A stretch of 64,000 bases of DNA from Candidatus Marinacidobacterales bacterium (GTDB lineage Bacteria > Acidobacteriota > Vicinamibacteria > Marinacidobacterales > SMYC01): contig CBDCYI010000005.1 in assembly GCA_965224085.1 (NCBI GenBank), positions 1,088,001-1,152,000 of the forward strand, in the 5' to 3' direction. A program made the translations under genes and the position numbers. Shown in pieces: positions 41,232 through 51,394 of this stretch. The notes beneath the pieces are model-generated. The model was not told where the DNA came from and did not search any database. It saw nothing but the letters and a program-made list of their open reading frames with translations. Positions within the stretch are counted from its first letter, which is position 1; every line of letters starts with the position of its first letter.

Positions 41232-41413
41232 ATCCAATGGGAAAGGTATTCCCTCACTTCCAGATTCATGCGGTCGATTTCGGCAAGAAAGCTGGACGCA
41301 GCCCGCCGATAGTTATCCGGGTTGGTTTCCTTATGGCGTAACTCTGTCACCTGACGCCGAAAAGTGTCGATCCTGTCTAAAGTCGCCTTCAACTCAGCAT
41401 CATTCGAAATCAT
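41232..41413 (-). CDS. Small helical protein, putative partner of the upstream nucleotidyltransferase (3' end uncertain)
   Basis: MISNDAELKATLDRI..FLAEIDRM..EVREYL; ATGA overlap with the upstream gene. Confidence 0.55.
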
Positions 41414-41790
41414 GCAATCACCTCGACGATTCCTCGTGGGGTCCCGTCGCGTTTGATCTGCCAGCCAGCGATGAAATCATCTTCCCCTCCAAGCGCTGCA
41501 AGTTTCCTAACCCGGAAGACACTGGAGCCGAACATCGACTGTGCGACGGAATGGTCCATCAGCATAACGATGTCCACGTCGTTGGGCTCTGGCTTTTTGG
41601 TCACGAAAGAGCCGAAGATGACAAACGTGCCAGATGACCCGTGGAGGCGGCCAAGTCATAGACCCGACGAAGTCGCTCAACCGTCTGCTTGCGGCGGAAC
41701 TTTCCCGAATCGATCCTCCACCTCTTCCAGTGTCGCCTTGTGGATTCCTGCTGGCAAGTCCCCAGACTCGGCGAACTCAGGAATGGGCAC
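41410..41790 (-). pseudogene. DUF6932-like minimal nucleotidyltransferase, frameshifted and deleted
   Basis: PEF..SGDLPAGIHKATLEEV..RFG, IFGSFVT.K..PNDVDIV, KRDGTPRGIVEV. Confidence 0.7.
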
Positions 41791-41985
41791 GGCGGGTAGT
41801 ATACCGCCTCCTCCATCCGCGCGCCTCGCTAGCTCAATTGGGTTCCATTAACGCCGTAATCCGTTTACGTCTGGCACAAGAAAGTGTAGTGAAAAGCGTA
41901 GTGAATGGGACGGCAAAGCTGGAGTATCTGTGGGTAAGCATGGGGAAGGCCAGAAAACACTAACTCGTTCACGACTCTCAAAGGT

Positions 41986-42061
41986 TGGAGGCGGCGGGCG
42001 GATTCGAACCGCCGAATAGAGGTTTTGCAGACCTCCGCCTTAGCCACTTGGCTACGCCGCC
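41986..42061 (-). tRNA. tRNA-Cys(GCA)
   Basis: GGCGGCG acceptor stem, loop CTGCAAA, TTCGAAT, U73-CCA. Confidence 0.96.
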
Positions 42062-42101
42062 TTGAATTTGTGTTCGGCGAGTCTTCTCCGGAGCAGCTAG
42101 T

Positions 42102-42178
42102 TGGAGCGGGACACGGGGGATTCGAACCCGCGACTTCGACCTTGGCAAGGTCGCACTCTACCACTGAGTTAGTCCCGC
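42102..42178 (-). tRNA. tRNA-Gly(GCC), with two extra C in the T-stem 3' strand
   Basis: GCGGGAC/GTCCCGC acceptor stem, loop TTGCCAA, TTCGAAT, CCA. Confidence 0.9.
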
Positions 42179-42263
42179 CCAGCTAACAGGCAAACGGTAT
42201 ATGTAACACGGGGATAAGGCTTTGTCAAAATTATGAACGCGTCACCCCTGTGTCAGGCCGGTG

Positions 42264-42659
42264 TCAGGCCTCGAAAGCCGAGCGTAGAACGGTGATTTCA
42301 GGCTTTTCGCCGGGGAGGCACGCCACGCCGACAACATCAAAGCGGACGATAACGTCCCGCAGCCGGCGGGCGCGCAAATAAACCTCGGCGAGCTGGATCA
42401 GTTTTCGCCGCTTGCGCGCATCCACCGCGTCGGCCGGCGCGCCATAGTCGCGGCGGGAGCGGGTTTTGACTTCGACGATAACGAGCGTGTCGCCATCCTG
42501 GGCGATCAGGTCGATCTCCCCCAGACGGCAGCGCCAGCGGCGGTGCAGGATCTTGTAGCCGCGCTTTTGCAGCTCTTTGGCGGCTAGGCGCTCACCGTAG
42601 CGACCGAGGTCCTGTCGTCGGAATCGATCGGGGAATCGAAGTTGGTCGAATAGTCCTAT
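42264..42659 (-). CDS. yraN: YraN family endonuclease-like protein (ATA at the expected start)
   Basis: LGRYGERLAA..L...GYKI..RRWRCRLGEIDLIA..VEVKTR..RFDVV; missed by the ORF track because no ATG/GTG/TTG start is present. Confidence 0.85.
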   Translation of the reverse strand: MGLFDQLRFPDRFRRQDLGRYGERLAAKELQKRGYKILHRRWRCRLGEIDLIAQDGDTLVIVEVKTRSRRDYGAPADAVDARKRRKLIQLAEVYLRARRLRDVIVRFDVVGVACLPGEKPEITVLRSAFEA

Positions 42660-42681
42660 GCTTCCCTCACCGCGCTCGTCG

Positions 42682-44085
42682 CTACTTCTGCTTCCAGCGC
42701 GTTCCGGTGGGGGTGTCTTCCAGAACGATCTCGCGGGCGTCGAGCTCGTCGCGGATTTCGTCCGCGCGAGCGAAGTCGCGGCGGGCGCGGGCTTCCTTGC
42801 GCTCTTGAATCAACTTCGCAACTTCATCGTCCAAGCTCATTTTCTTGCCTTGGCCGAAGACGGCGAAAACCGTATTCATGCGCTCGATCCCGCTTTTGAA
42901 TCCTTCCGCATCCCCCTTCGTCATACTAGACGAAGAAAGAGCCGTGTTCCCTCCCTTGACGAGGTCGAAAAGTGTTGCGAGTGCCGCCGACGTGTTGAGG
43001 TCGTCGTCCAGCGCGGTCTCGAATCGCTCGAGGGCCGCCTTGACGGCTTGCTCGGTCTCGGGGGAGGCGTCGCCATCGCGGGTGACTTCGCCGAGGCGGT
43101 CGAGAAAATCGTCCACCCTCCGGATCGCGGTCGCGGCTTGGTCGAGGCCTTCACGCGTGAAGTTCAGCTGCTGCCGGTAATAGACCGAAAGCAGGAGATA
43201 GCGGATCGCCATCGGCGAATAGTTCTCCGCAATCAAGTCTGGCACGTTGAACTGGTTGCCTTTGGACTTCGACATCTTCTCGCCTTCGACGATAAGAAAT
43301 TCGGTGTGCATCCAATGGCGCACGAAAGGCTTCCCCGTGGCCCCTTCGCTCTGTGCGATCTCGTTCTCATGATGAGGGAAGATGAGGTCCACGCCGCCTG
43401 CATGGAGGTCGAAGGTCTCGCCGAGGATCTTCATCCCCATCGCGGAGCACTCGAGGTGCCATCCAGGACGGCCAGGCCCGATAGCGGTATCCCAGGAATC
43501 CTCTCCATCTTTCGGGCCTTTCCACAGCACGAAATCTCGAGCGTTCTCCTTTGTATATTCGTCCGCGTCGACGCGGGCGCCCGCTTTCATGCCGGCGACG
43601 TCGATGCGCGAGAGTTTTCCGTAGTCGGGAAAGGAGTCCACTTTGAAATAGATCGATCCGTCGCTCTCATAGGTATGGCCGCGCTCCTCGAGCTTCTGCA
43701 CGAGCGCCACCATGGCGTCCAGATATTCCTGGTCCGTGGCGCGTGGATAATATTCTGACTTCTTGATGTTGAGCGCCGCGCAATCCTCGAAGAAATTGTC
43801 GATATATTGCTGCGTGTACTCACGTAGGGGGATTCCGGCCTTGCGCGCACCGGCGATCGTCTTGTCGTCGACGTCGGTGAAATTGGTTGCTTGCGTAACC
43901 TGATAGCCTTTGTACTCCAAATAGCGTCTCAGCACGTCCTGCGAGACGTAGGTCCGAAAGTTCCCGATATGCCCCCGGTTGTAGACCGTAAGCCCGCACG
44001 TATACATGCGGACATGTCCTTCCTCCAAGGGCTCGAAGGGCTCGACGTCGCCGCCGAGGGTATTCGTGAGCTTCAGCTGCGACAT
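42682..44085 (-). CDS. cysS: Cysteine--tRNA ligase
   Basis: CGLTVY, HIGN, GRPGWHLECS, FPHHENE, KMSKS. Confidence 0.97.
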   Translation of the reverse strand: MSQLKLTNTLGGDVEPFEPLEEGHVRMYTCGLTVYNRGHIGNFRTYVSQDVLRRYLEYKGYQVTQATNFTDVDDKTIAGARKAGIPLREYTQQYIDNFFEDCAALNIKKSEYYPRATDQEYLDAMVALVQKLEERGHTYESDGSIYFKVDSFPDYGKLSRIDVAGMKAGARVDADEYTKENARDFVLWKGPKDGEDSWDTAIGPGRPGWHLECSAMGMKILGETFDLHAGGVDLIFPHHENEIAQSEGATGKPFVRHWMHTEFLIVEGEKMSKSKGNQFNVPDLIAENYSPMAIRYLLLSVYYRQQLNFTREGLDQAATAIRRVDDFLDRLGEVTRDGDASPETEQAVKAALERFETALDDDLNTSAALATLFDLVKGGNTALSSSSMTKGDAEGFKSGIERMNTVFAVFGQGKKMSLDDEVAKLIQERKEARARRDFARADEIRDELDAREIVLEDTPTGTRWKQK

Positions 44086-44091
44086 GTACCC

Positions 44092-45871
44092 TTAGTTCCT
44101 CTGTACGACCATCAACGTCAAATCATCCGCCAATCCGGCCTCGGCGGCATAAAGCCGTACGCTCGAGACGAGACGCGCCATGATCTCACGCGACAGCTTG
44201 CCCCGGCAGCTTCGCAGCACCTTGACGATACCAGCGTCCTCGAACTCCTCGCCGTCGGGGTTCGTGGTCTCGGAGAGCCCGTCGGTGTAAAGAACGAGCA
44301 CATCCCCCTGCTCGAGCTTCGTCTTGCCCGCGCCGAGGGTGAGCTCCGCGAGCATCCCGACGACAGCTCCTCCCTCCACGAGCCGCTCGACAGTCGCCGC
44401 TCGCTCGAAAAAGCAAAGGATAGCAGTGGCCCGCGTTGAGGTAGATCATCTCGCCCGTCTTCGCGTCGAGCATCGAGAAAAACGCGGTTACGTAGCGATT
44501 GACCTCCGTGCTCGAATAGACGATCTCGTTCAAACGCTCGGTCAGCGCTTCGAGCGAGATTTCACCCACTCCCGCCAGGGCGTGAAGCGCCGCATGAACC
44601 GACGCCATGAGGAGCGCCGCCCCAGTGCCCTTTCCAGAAACGTCGGCGATCACGAGCCAGTGCCGGTCGTCACCGCGCGCAACATAGTCGAAGTAGTCGC
44701 CTCCGACCGTGAGGCAAGGAATATTGATGCCGGCGATATCCCAGCCTTCGATGCCGGGCTCGCTATCCGGGAGCAAGCGGCTCTGGATCTGGCGTGCGAG
44801 AGCCATTTCCTTTTCTATTTTCTGCTTCTCGACCCACTCGCGCGTCAGCCTCAAGTTGTCGAGCGCGGCGGTGGCCTGCGAAGCGAGCGAGCGCAGAAAT
44901 CCGCGGTCTTCCTCCGCAAGCGATTTTCCCGAGGCGCGCGCGCCGAGTAGGAGCGCTCCATGAGAGCTCTCTCCCGAGCGCAACGGGACGACCGTATCGA
45001 GCTCGACGCCGCTCAGAAGATCCCTCAGAGCGCCCGCGGGAAGCTCGGAAACCGTCTGATCCTGGGGGAGTTCGGAAAGGTCGCGACTTCCGCGCTCGAG
45101 AAGTGCGCGCTCTTCGGAGGAAAGCGCGAAGCCGCGTTGTTGGGCCACTTCGCCGTCGTGAAGCAACACAGCGCGCGTCGTTAAAACGTGCCCCATCGCG
45201 TTCGTCATCAGCACTTCCCGAACCCGGTCGACATCGGGGCTCCGATTGAGTTCACGCGCGATGTCGAACAGCGAATCGAGCTGATACACCTTGAGCGAAA
45301 GGTCGCGGTTGAGCGTTTGGAGCTCTTTGTAAACACGGCCGTTATCAATCGAGGCCGCCGCAGTCACGCAAAGCGATTCCGCAAAGAGACGGTCGTCTTC
45401 GCCGTAAGGCTCACCGCGATCGCCAAAGAGAAGCACGCCCACCAAGCGTGTCGATTTCAAGAGCGGCACGAGAAGTGCGGAACCTGTCGCGGTGAGAATG
45501 CTCTTGGCCCAATCAGACAGGCTAGGATCAGAAACACTCGAAATCTCGGGCTCGAGAGAAGGCTCCGGAAGCGCGAGAGAGGCCCACCGCTCGTCACCGC
45601 GGCCGCGACGCGCCGCTGGTACAAGACGCTTTTGCTCTCCGTCCCGCAATAGCAGGCCCGCCCAGGCGGCGCGCGTTTCCCCCATCGCCACGAAAAGCAC
45701 GAGATCGAGAATCTCTGGAAGCTGGAGCGAGCGGTTGAGCGTCGAGTTGAAGTCGAGGAGTGCTAAGACTTCGGAGAGCTTTTTCTGGACTTTCGGATCG
45801 TCGATGCGCCGCGCGAGCGGAGCTAGCGCTTCTTGGTAGCGATAGGATGCGGGCGTTGGCTCCGAAGACAT
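44092..45871 (-). pseudogene. GAF-PP2C (SpoIIE/RsbU-like) phosphatase, frameshifted near 44394
   Basis: VGGDYFD, IADVSGKG, NAGH; the terminal YTDGL and DDLT motifs lie in another frame (44092-44379). Confidence 0.85.
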
Positions 45872-45899
45872 GAGGCCATCTTACTATCTCTAGAGCAGC

Positions 45900-46355
45900 C
45901 TAGCCTTCGTCCCGACCGCGCTGTTTGTAGCGAACCATGACGCACATGCTCTTGCCGGTTTCGGCTTTTTGGTGCTCGACCTTATCCATCATCTGGCGCA
46001 TGATGGCCAGGCCGAGGCCGCCGGTACGGCGCTCTGCCACCAGCTCGTCGAGATCGAACTCCGGTACCGGCATGGCGTCGAGCGGCTCTCCCTCGTGAAA
46101 GATCACGATATCGAGGCTCTCGCCTTCCGGGTCGAAGTGGATCTCGATCTCGTGGTCCGGCTCACCCGCATAAGCGTGTTGCACGACGTTCGTCGTAGCT
46201 TCGTCCACGGCGAGGGCAATTTTCTCGGCCTCCGCCTTTTCGAACCCGGTCGTCTCTGCCAGGAGCCTCGCGAGCTCGTGGACCATGTTCAGATATTTGC
46301 TGTCGCTTGGAAATCGAAGCTCCATCAGCGCGCGCTTGTCGGAACCGTCGGACAT
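45900..46355 (-). CDS. Anti-sigma factor kinase (RsbW/SpoIIAB-like)
   Basis: LAVDEATTNVVQHAY, GGLGLAIMRQMMD. Confidence 0.9.
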   Translation of the reverse strand: MSDGSDKRALMELRFPSDSKYLNMVHELARLLAETTGFEKAEAEKIALAVDEATTNVVQHAYAGEPDHEIEIHFDPEGESLDIVIFHEGEPLDAMPVPEFDLDELVAERRTGGLGLAIMRQMMDKVEHQKAETGKSMCVMVRYKQRGRDEG

Positions 46356-46363
46356 AAGCGATG

Positions 46364-46723
46364 TCAGCTGGCTGGTCTCGCCTGATAGCTTTCCACTCCC
46401 TCTTGCTCCGAGGTTAAGACCTGGCAGAGGTGGTTGAACCCGAGGACTTCGAAGATATTGAACACGGTGTCGTTGAGCTCCGCGAGGCGGATATCGCCCC
46501 CTTTGGCGCGGATGTCCTCGATGAACCCCATGATCACCCCGAGTCCCGCGCTAGCAATATAAGCGAGGCCGGAGCCATTGATGAGAATTTTCTCGTGACC
46601 GCCTTCAAGAGCCTGGCTCAGAGACTGCTCGAATTGGCGGACGGTATGGGCGTTGATGAATCCGCGCGGCGAGATCACGGTCACGTCGCCGACTTGCCGG
46701 CTTTCCATCATTAAATCAGGCAA
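46364..46723 (-). CDS. STAS anti-sigma-factor antagonist (RsbV-like)
   Basis: YIASAGLG phosphoacceptor motif, GGDIRLA. Confidence 0.9.
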   Translation of the reverse strand: MPDLMMESRQVGDVTVISPRGFINAHTVRQFEQSLSQALEGGHEKILINGSGLAYIASAGLGVIMGFIEDIRAKGGDIRLAELNDTVFNIFEVLGFNHLCQVLTSEQEGVESYQARPAS

Positions 46724-46758
46724 TTAATCTCTCCGCCATCCTAATGTGGGTACGGATT

Positions 46759-47724
46759 CTATACCACAAGGTTCCGGCCTGTCTCTCGAAAGAAGGCGCG
46801 GGCGACCTTCTGGTCGCGCTCGAGCTGCGCTCGGAGCGCCTCGGCCGAGTCGAAAGCTACCGTTGCCCGAACGCGATGGTGAAAGTAAAGGCGAACTGTT
46901 GCCCCGTAGATCTGCCCATCGAAGTCGAAGAGGTGCGTCTCTACGATTCGCTCCTCGAGCCCGAACGTGGGGCGACGTCCGACATGGGTCATGCCGGTGA
47001 AACGGTTGGTGTTGGCCCCGAGACTTCGGGTGTCCACGACGGCGTCGGTAACGTAGACGCCGTCATCGAGCAGAAGATCCCCGTTCATTTTGATATTGGC
47101 CGTCGGGAAACCCATCAAGCGCCCGCGCCCGTCGCCCTCGATGACCTCGCCTTCGATAAAGAAAGGCCTTCCCAGCATGGCCCCGGCCTCGCCGACTTGG
47201 GCGTCCCGGAGCGCTTCCCGAATGCGGGAGCTCGAGATCATGGCACGTTTGTGGATCGAGGCCTCGATCTGGTGCACGACGAAACCGTGCCGCTCTCCGA
47301 GCTTGCGGAGCGCATCGAGATCGCCCGAACGGCCTCGACCGAAACGAAAATTCTCTCCTAGCACAAGCTCGCGCACGCGCAGCTTTTCGACCAGAACTTG
47401 CTCCACGAAGTCTTCCGGGCCGATCCGCGAGAACGCCTTCGTGAAATGGATGACCACGAGCAAATCGAGCCCCATTTCACTGATGACCTCCTGCTTCAGC
47501 GCGGGCGTCAAGATGCGCTTTGGCGCTTTGTCGGGGCGCAGCACGGCCACGGGATGGGGCTCGAAGGTCAACGCGGCCGCTGGACAGGACAGGGCCTTCG
47601 CCCGGACCTTGACTAGGTCCATCGCTTTCTGATGTCCGAGGTGCACGCCATCGAAGTTCCCGAGCGTGAGCACGGGACGAGCATCCTCGGGCAGATCGAC
47701 TTCAGGGTAATAACAGATTCGCAT
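46759..47724 (-). CDS. ribF: Bifunctional riboflavin kinase/FAD synthetase
   Basis: GNFDGVHLGH, TFEPHP, ISSSRIR, GFPTAN, VETHLFDF. Confidence 0.95.
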   Translation of the reverse strand: MRICYYPEVDLPEDARPVLTLGNFDGVHLGHQKAMDLVKVRAKALSCPAAALTFEPHPVAVLRPDKAPKRILTPALKQEVISEMGLDLLVVIHFTKAFSRIGPEDFVEQVLVEKLRVRELVLGENFRFGRGRSGDLDALRKLGERHGFVVHQIEASIHKRAMISSSRIREALRDAQVGEAGAMLGRPFFIEGEVIEGDGRGRLMGFPTANIKMNGDLLLDDGVYVTDAVVDTRSLGANTNRFTGMTHVGRRPTFGLEERIVETHLFDFDGQIYGATVRLYFHHRVRATVAFDSAEALRAQLERDQKVARAFFRETGRNLVV

Positions 47725-47741
47725 ACAAGCTCGGACCCGAG

Positions 47742-49043
47742 TTACGGGTCTCGGGATCCTACCGAAGGAGGACCCGGAAGGATAACCTCATCGGGTAGGA
47801 CTCCGCGAACCACATTCAGATAGGGCTCGCCACTTGGGCCGATGGCCTGCAGGATGATTTTATCCGGGCCCGCCAGGTAGCGGTAGGTCTCGCCACCGGC
47901 ACCGCGCAAATCCTCTGCAGACACGAGAGGCGGCTTGGCGGCGACGAGCTCGTCGAGCGTGTTGGGGTAAAACCCGAAAGCCAGGGAATAGGCACGTAGC
48001 GCGCTCGTGAGGCGTTGTATACGCGCCATGTCACGGCTTCTTTGGATCGTCGCCGATTCCTGTTCGAAGAAACTCGGCACCGCGGGAACTCGGAACGGCG
48101 TTCCGTACGCTGCCAGGAAGCCGACCCCGCTCAGGACGAGCACGCTCAAAAGCGCGACGACCTCGACAGTCTGGCTCGGTGCAACGCCGCCGCGCTCCCG
48201 CCGGTCCGAACGTCGCGCGCTTCGAGCTTGGCCGTGACTCGCGGGAGAAACGAGCTTCCGGTCGATGAAGTCGAAAAGCGTTCGGCAAACGTCGAAGTCC
48301 GACAGCCCCGTCAGCTCCATAATGGCCGCGACCGACCTCTTACCATCGACGAGCTTGTAGATGTCGTTCTCTTGCTTGCTCAAGACGACTTCAGAGCTCG
48401 AGGTACTGCTCTCCTCGTCAGCGCCACTGCCATCGAGGTCCCCGAAGGCATCCTCGAGCGAGCCTCCCTCGGAGGCGCCCGTGACTTCTTTGATTTGCTT
48501 CGGAGATACGAGCGGCCGAAACACGGCCTCGAGCGACGGGATACGTTTTTCGATGATCGGCCACTCGTCGACTCGACGGATCCCCTCCATCAAGATTTGG
48601 TCGGTGCTGACCGGCGATACGTTCTCGCGGTCGTAATCCGCGTCCATGGTCGGGTCGAAATGGTAGTTGCCCGATTTCCATCGAAACACGCGAAAGACGA
48701 TCTGCTGAACTTGCTCGGAAAGGGCCGCCTTCAGAGCATCCCGATCGATATAACCCTGGTTCGTGAGAATGAAGCCCAGTCGTTGCATCGAGACTTTCTG
48801 CTTCGCGAGCACCTCCTCGAGATGCTCTTTGCGAAGCTTCCCTTGTCTCACGAGAACGTTTCCGAGCAGATCGTCGAGCCGGCGGATGGTGGAGTCAGAA
48901 TGAACGACCATGCCTTGCTCGAAGACGACGCTCACCGTCTCGCGGTCGCTCTCGAGCGTCAGAAGGCCCGTCTTGCGCTGCATCCCGATGAGCTGAAAAA
49001 TATCGGGAAGAGCAAAGTCTTTCAGAGTTCCCGACAGTGCCAT
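47742..49043 (-). CDS. DUF4388 domain membrane protein
   Basis: MALSGTLKDFALPDIFQLI..RKTGLL, LMEGIRRVDEW, single TM, periplasmic tail. Confidence 0.8.
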   Translation of the reverse strand: MALSGTLKDFALPDIFQLIGMQRKTGLLTLESDRETVSVVFEQGMVVHSDSTIRRLDDLLGNVLVRQGKLRKEHLEEVLAKQKVSMQRLGFILTNQGYIDRDALKAALSEQVQQIVFRVFRWKSGNYHFDPTMDADYDRENVSPVSTDQILMEGIRRVDEWPIIEKRIPSLEAVFRPLVSPKQIKEVTGASEGGSLEDAFGDLDGSGADEESSTSSSEVVLSKQENDIYKLVDGKRSVAAIMELTGLSDFDVCRTLFDFIDRKLVSPASHGQARSARRSDRRERGGVAPSQTVEVVALLSVLVLSGVGFLAAYGTPFRVPAVPSFFEQESATIQRSRDMARIQRLTSALRAYSLAFGFYPNTLDELVAAKPPLVSAEDLRGAGGETYRYLAGPDKIILQAIGPSGEPYLNVVRGVLPDEVILPGPPSVGSRDP

Positions 49044-49046
49044 GTC

Positions 49047-50957
49047 TTATCCGCGCGCCATCGGACGAGGGATGACGTTCGCGATCAGGAAAGCCACTCC
49101 CATGATTGCCATCAGAGCATAGGACGGAAGACTGATTCCACCGAGAATGCCGTCCGGAAGCGCGTAGACGGCCCCATCGAGCCAAATCGCGCAGGCGCTC
49201 AGTATCCACACGAAGAGGAGAATCACGCCGATGAACGGCATCCCCGCCCCGATCTGCCCCGAGCCGGGAGCCAAGATCGAAAGAGCGCGAAAGATGAGGG
49301 ACTGCATCTTAGAAACGCTGTGGACTTGGCGCAGCTTCTCGTTCCGGGCCTGCGCGGAGACGCCGTCTTTCATGAAGAACAGGTGATAGCACTGCGTGCA
49401 CAGGACCTTACGACCGGTTCCAATCTGGCAACGGCCGCAAAAAGCACTCCCGCATTTCCAGCAGCGCTGCGTTAGCCTACGCTCCCTGAACAACACCTCG
49501 AGCACCACGATCAAAAGCGCGAGCAAGAAGGGGACCGCCAGCAAGCGCAGGCCCCAGCCTTTCAGAACCGACGCATCCACAAAGACCTCGACCGGTTGCT
49601 CTCGCATGCCGTCGGAAAGCCCATAGAACTTCGATAGAATCGCATTTTTGTCGAGACGAACATCCGCGACGACGCGATAGCTGCCCGTCCGGTTCTCGTG
49701 GGAGGCCACCGCGAGCGCGTCGAGCCTTTCCGCCTGTGCACGAGCGGCCTCGCGCTCGGAAAACTCGAAGTTCTCTGCATGCGCCAGGCTCTTGTTGTAA
49801 TACGCCATCGCGAACTGCGAGTTGAACTGCACCGCTTCGTTATATTGCACGAGCGCACCTTCCCAGTCACGCTGCGCGAAGTAGATGTTGCCGAGATTGA
49901 CCTGTGCCTCGACATCTCCCGGAAAATTCTGGATGATGGCTCGATATTGCTGTGCGGCAAGCTCGTAGTCACCGTGGTTCTTGTACTGTGCCGCGAGCAA
50001 GAACTGAAGCTCGCGATCGCCTGGGCTTTTATGAATCGCCTCCCGAAGAACGAGCACGTCGTCTACATCAAAAGTGCCCGTCGTGGACGACAAGGCCGCC
50101 TGATAGACCGGGTTGGGAACAGTACGCGACCATGTCGCATAGAGCTCCGTGAATGGCGCGGCAGCGAGGAGCAACAGGAGAAAGAAGACGGTGACGACGC
50201 GCTCCTTGATCGACTGATAGCCGAAAGTGAGCGCCAGCCAATAGGGCGCCAACCAACCGATGCCAGCCGTAGCGATCACCGGAACCAGAATCAGGCCGAT
50301 GGTGACCGCGAGAACACCTTTGCTTCCGATGAGCTCCCCGACACGTTCCTCGACGTCGTGATACAAGAGCGTGCCGTGCCGGTAGGTCATCAAGGCCGCG
50401 AAAACAAAAAGGGCGAGCATCGTCGCCGCAAAAAGGAGAAAGGCGAGATTCCAAGCAGCATAAGGCCCGTCGCGCTCCGAGCGAAGCGCGGCGAGCTGAG
50501 CCTGCACGCGGTGGCCGAAGGCGGTCAAATAACCGAGGCCTCCCTCACGTTCGTTGAGCGCCGCGAGCCCGTGATGCACCGTCGGCAGGTTAGGGCCCAA
50601 GTCTCGGGCGATCTCGAAATGCTCCCTCACCTGCTCGACGTCGCCGCTGTCGAGATAGGTGAAGCCTTTGTAGGCAAAGGACTGAGCGATGTCATGCAGA
50701 GCGAACACGCCGCGCTCGACACGGAGCCGCTTGATCTCTTCAAGCATGCGACGCGCGGTCTCGGTGTCGCCCATGCTCGAAGACTCGACGTAGCGTCTCC
50801 AATAGTGGTCGAAAGACGTATGGAGAGAGAGAGACGCGCTCCCATCCCCGTCGTCGAGCTGAGCCGATGCCGGCGTCACGAGCGTCAATAGAGTCATAGC
50901 GACGAGGAGCGCGGGGCGAGCGAGCGCCCTGGCGTGAAGTCGTGTCGACCGAAACAA
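49047..50957 (-). CDS. Tetratricopeptide-repeat membrane protein with Cys-rich finger
   Basis: TPR motifs (VNLGNIYF, AYYNKS), TM segments, CWKCGSAFCGRC..CTQC. Confidence 0.8.
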   Translation of the reverse strand: MFRSTRLHARALARPALLVAMTLLTLVTPASAQLDDGDGSASLSLHTSFDHYWRRYVESSSMGDTETARRMLEEIKRLRVERGVFALHDIAQSFAYKGFTYLDSGDVEQVREHFEIARDLGPNLPTVHHGLAALNEREGGLGYLTAFGHRVQAQLAALRSERDGPYAAWNLAFLLFAATMLALFVFAALMTYRHGTLLYHDVEERVGELIGSKGVLAVTIGLILVPVIATAGIGWLAPYWLALTFGYQSIKERVVTVFFLLLLLAAAPFTELYATWSRTVPNPVYQAALSSTTGTFDVDDVLVLREAIHKSPGDRELQFLLAAQYKNHGDYELAAQQYRAIIQNFPGDVEAQVNLGNIYFAQRDWEGALVQYNEAVQFNSQFAMAYYNKSLAHAENFEFSEREAARAQAERLDALAVASHENRTGSYRVVADVRLDKNAILSKFYGLSDGMREQPVEVFVDASVLKGWGLRLLAVPFLLALLIVVLEVLFRERRLTQRCWKCGSAFCGRCQIGTGRKVLCTQCYHLFFMKDGVSAQARNEKLRQVHSVSKMQSLIFRALSILAPGSGQIGAGMPFIGVILLFVWILSACAIWLDGAVYALPDGILGGISLPSYALMAIMGVAFLIANVIPRPMARG

Positions 50958-51073
50958 AATAGTCTTGAATCCTATTCGATTAACGACAAGGGCCCTATTG
51001 TTCGAAGCCGCGTCTAGCTGATCGGTTTAACACCGGAGGCAATAACCTAAAATAGGGGAATTATAAGTAAACC

Positions 51074-51102
51074 TTGACAAGGCCTGCCCATTAGAATACC
51101 CT
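51074..51102 (+). promoter_or_regulatory. Putative sigma70 promoter; a divergent TATAAT lies on the minus strand at 51060-51065
   Basis: TTGACA-17 nt-TACCCT in an AT-rich intergenic region. Confidence 0.45.
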
Positions 51103-51322
51103 TCCCACCGTCACACGAACGCGTGCGGCTCAACTATCGGGTCACTCGCTGAATACAATACCCTCCCAGGCTGGAGGCTTGGCAGCACTAAAAGCTTCAC
51201 ATTCAGCGCACAGCTGGGCTTCTACATCGCTATCGGATATACAGACGACCTCAGAAACAGAGGGATTGTGAGGTTCTACACCAATCCGCCGAGGTAGTGA
51301 TAGAGTAGAGCCTGAAAAACAG

Positions 51323-51352
51323 AAGCCCCGGGGAATTACCCCCGGGGCTTTT
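51323..51352 (+). terminator. Intrinsic terminator
   Basis: AAGCCCCGGGG/CCCCGGGGCTT stem followed by a T run. Confidence 0.7.
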
Positions 51353-51394
51353 AAATCATCACCGCGTGACAGCGCGGAGACAGGGAGAACTTCT

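Noticed and set aside
51055-51072. IS1595 terminal inverted repeat
   Set aside because: No partner repeat found; better explained as overlapping divergent promoter elements
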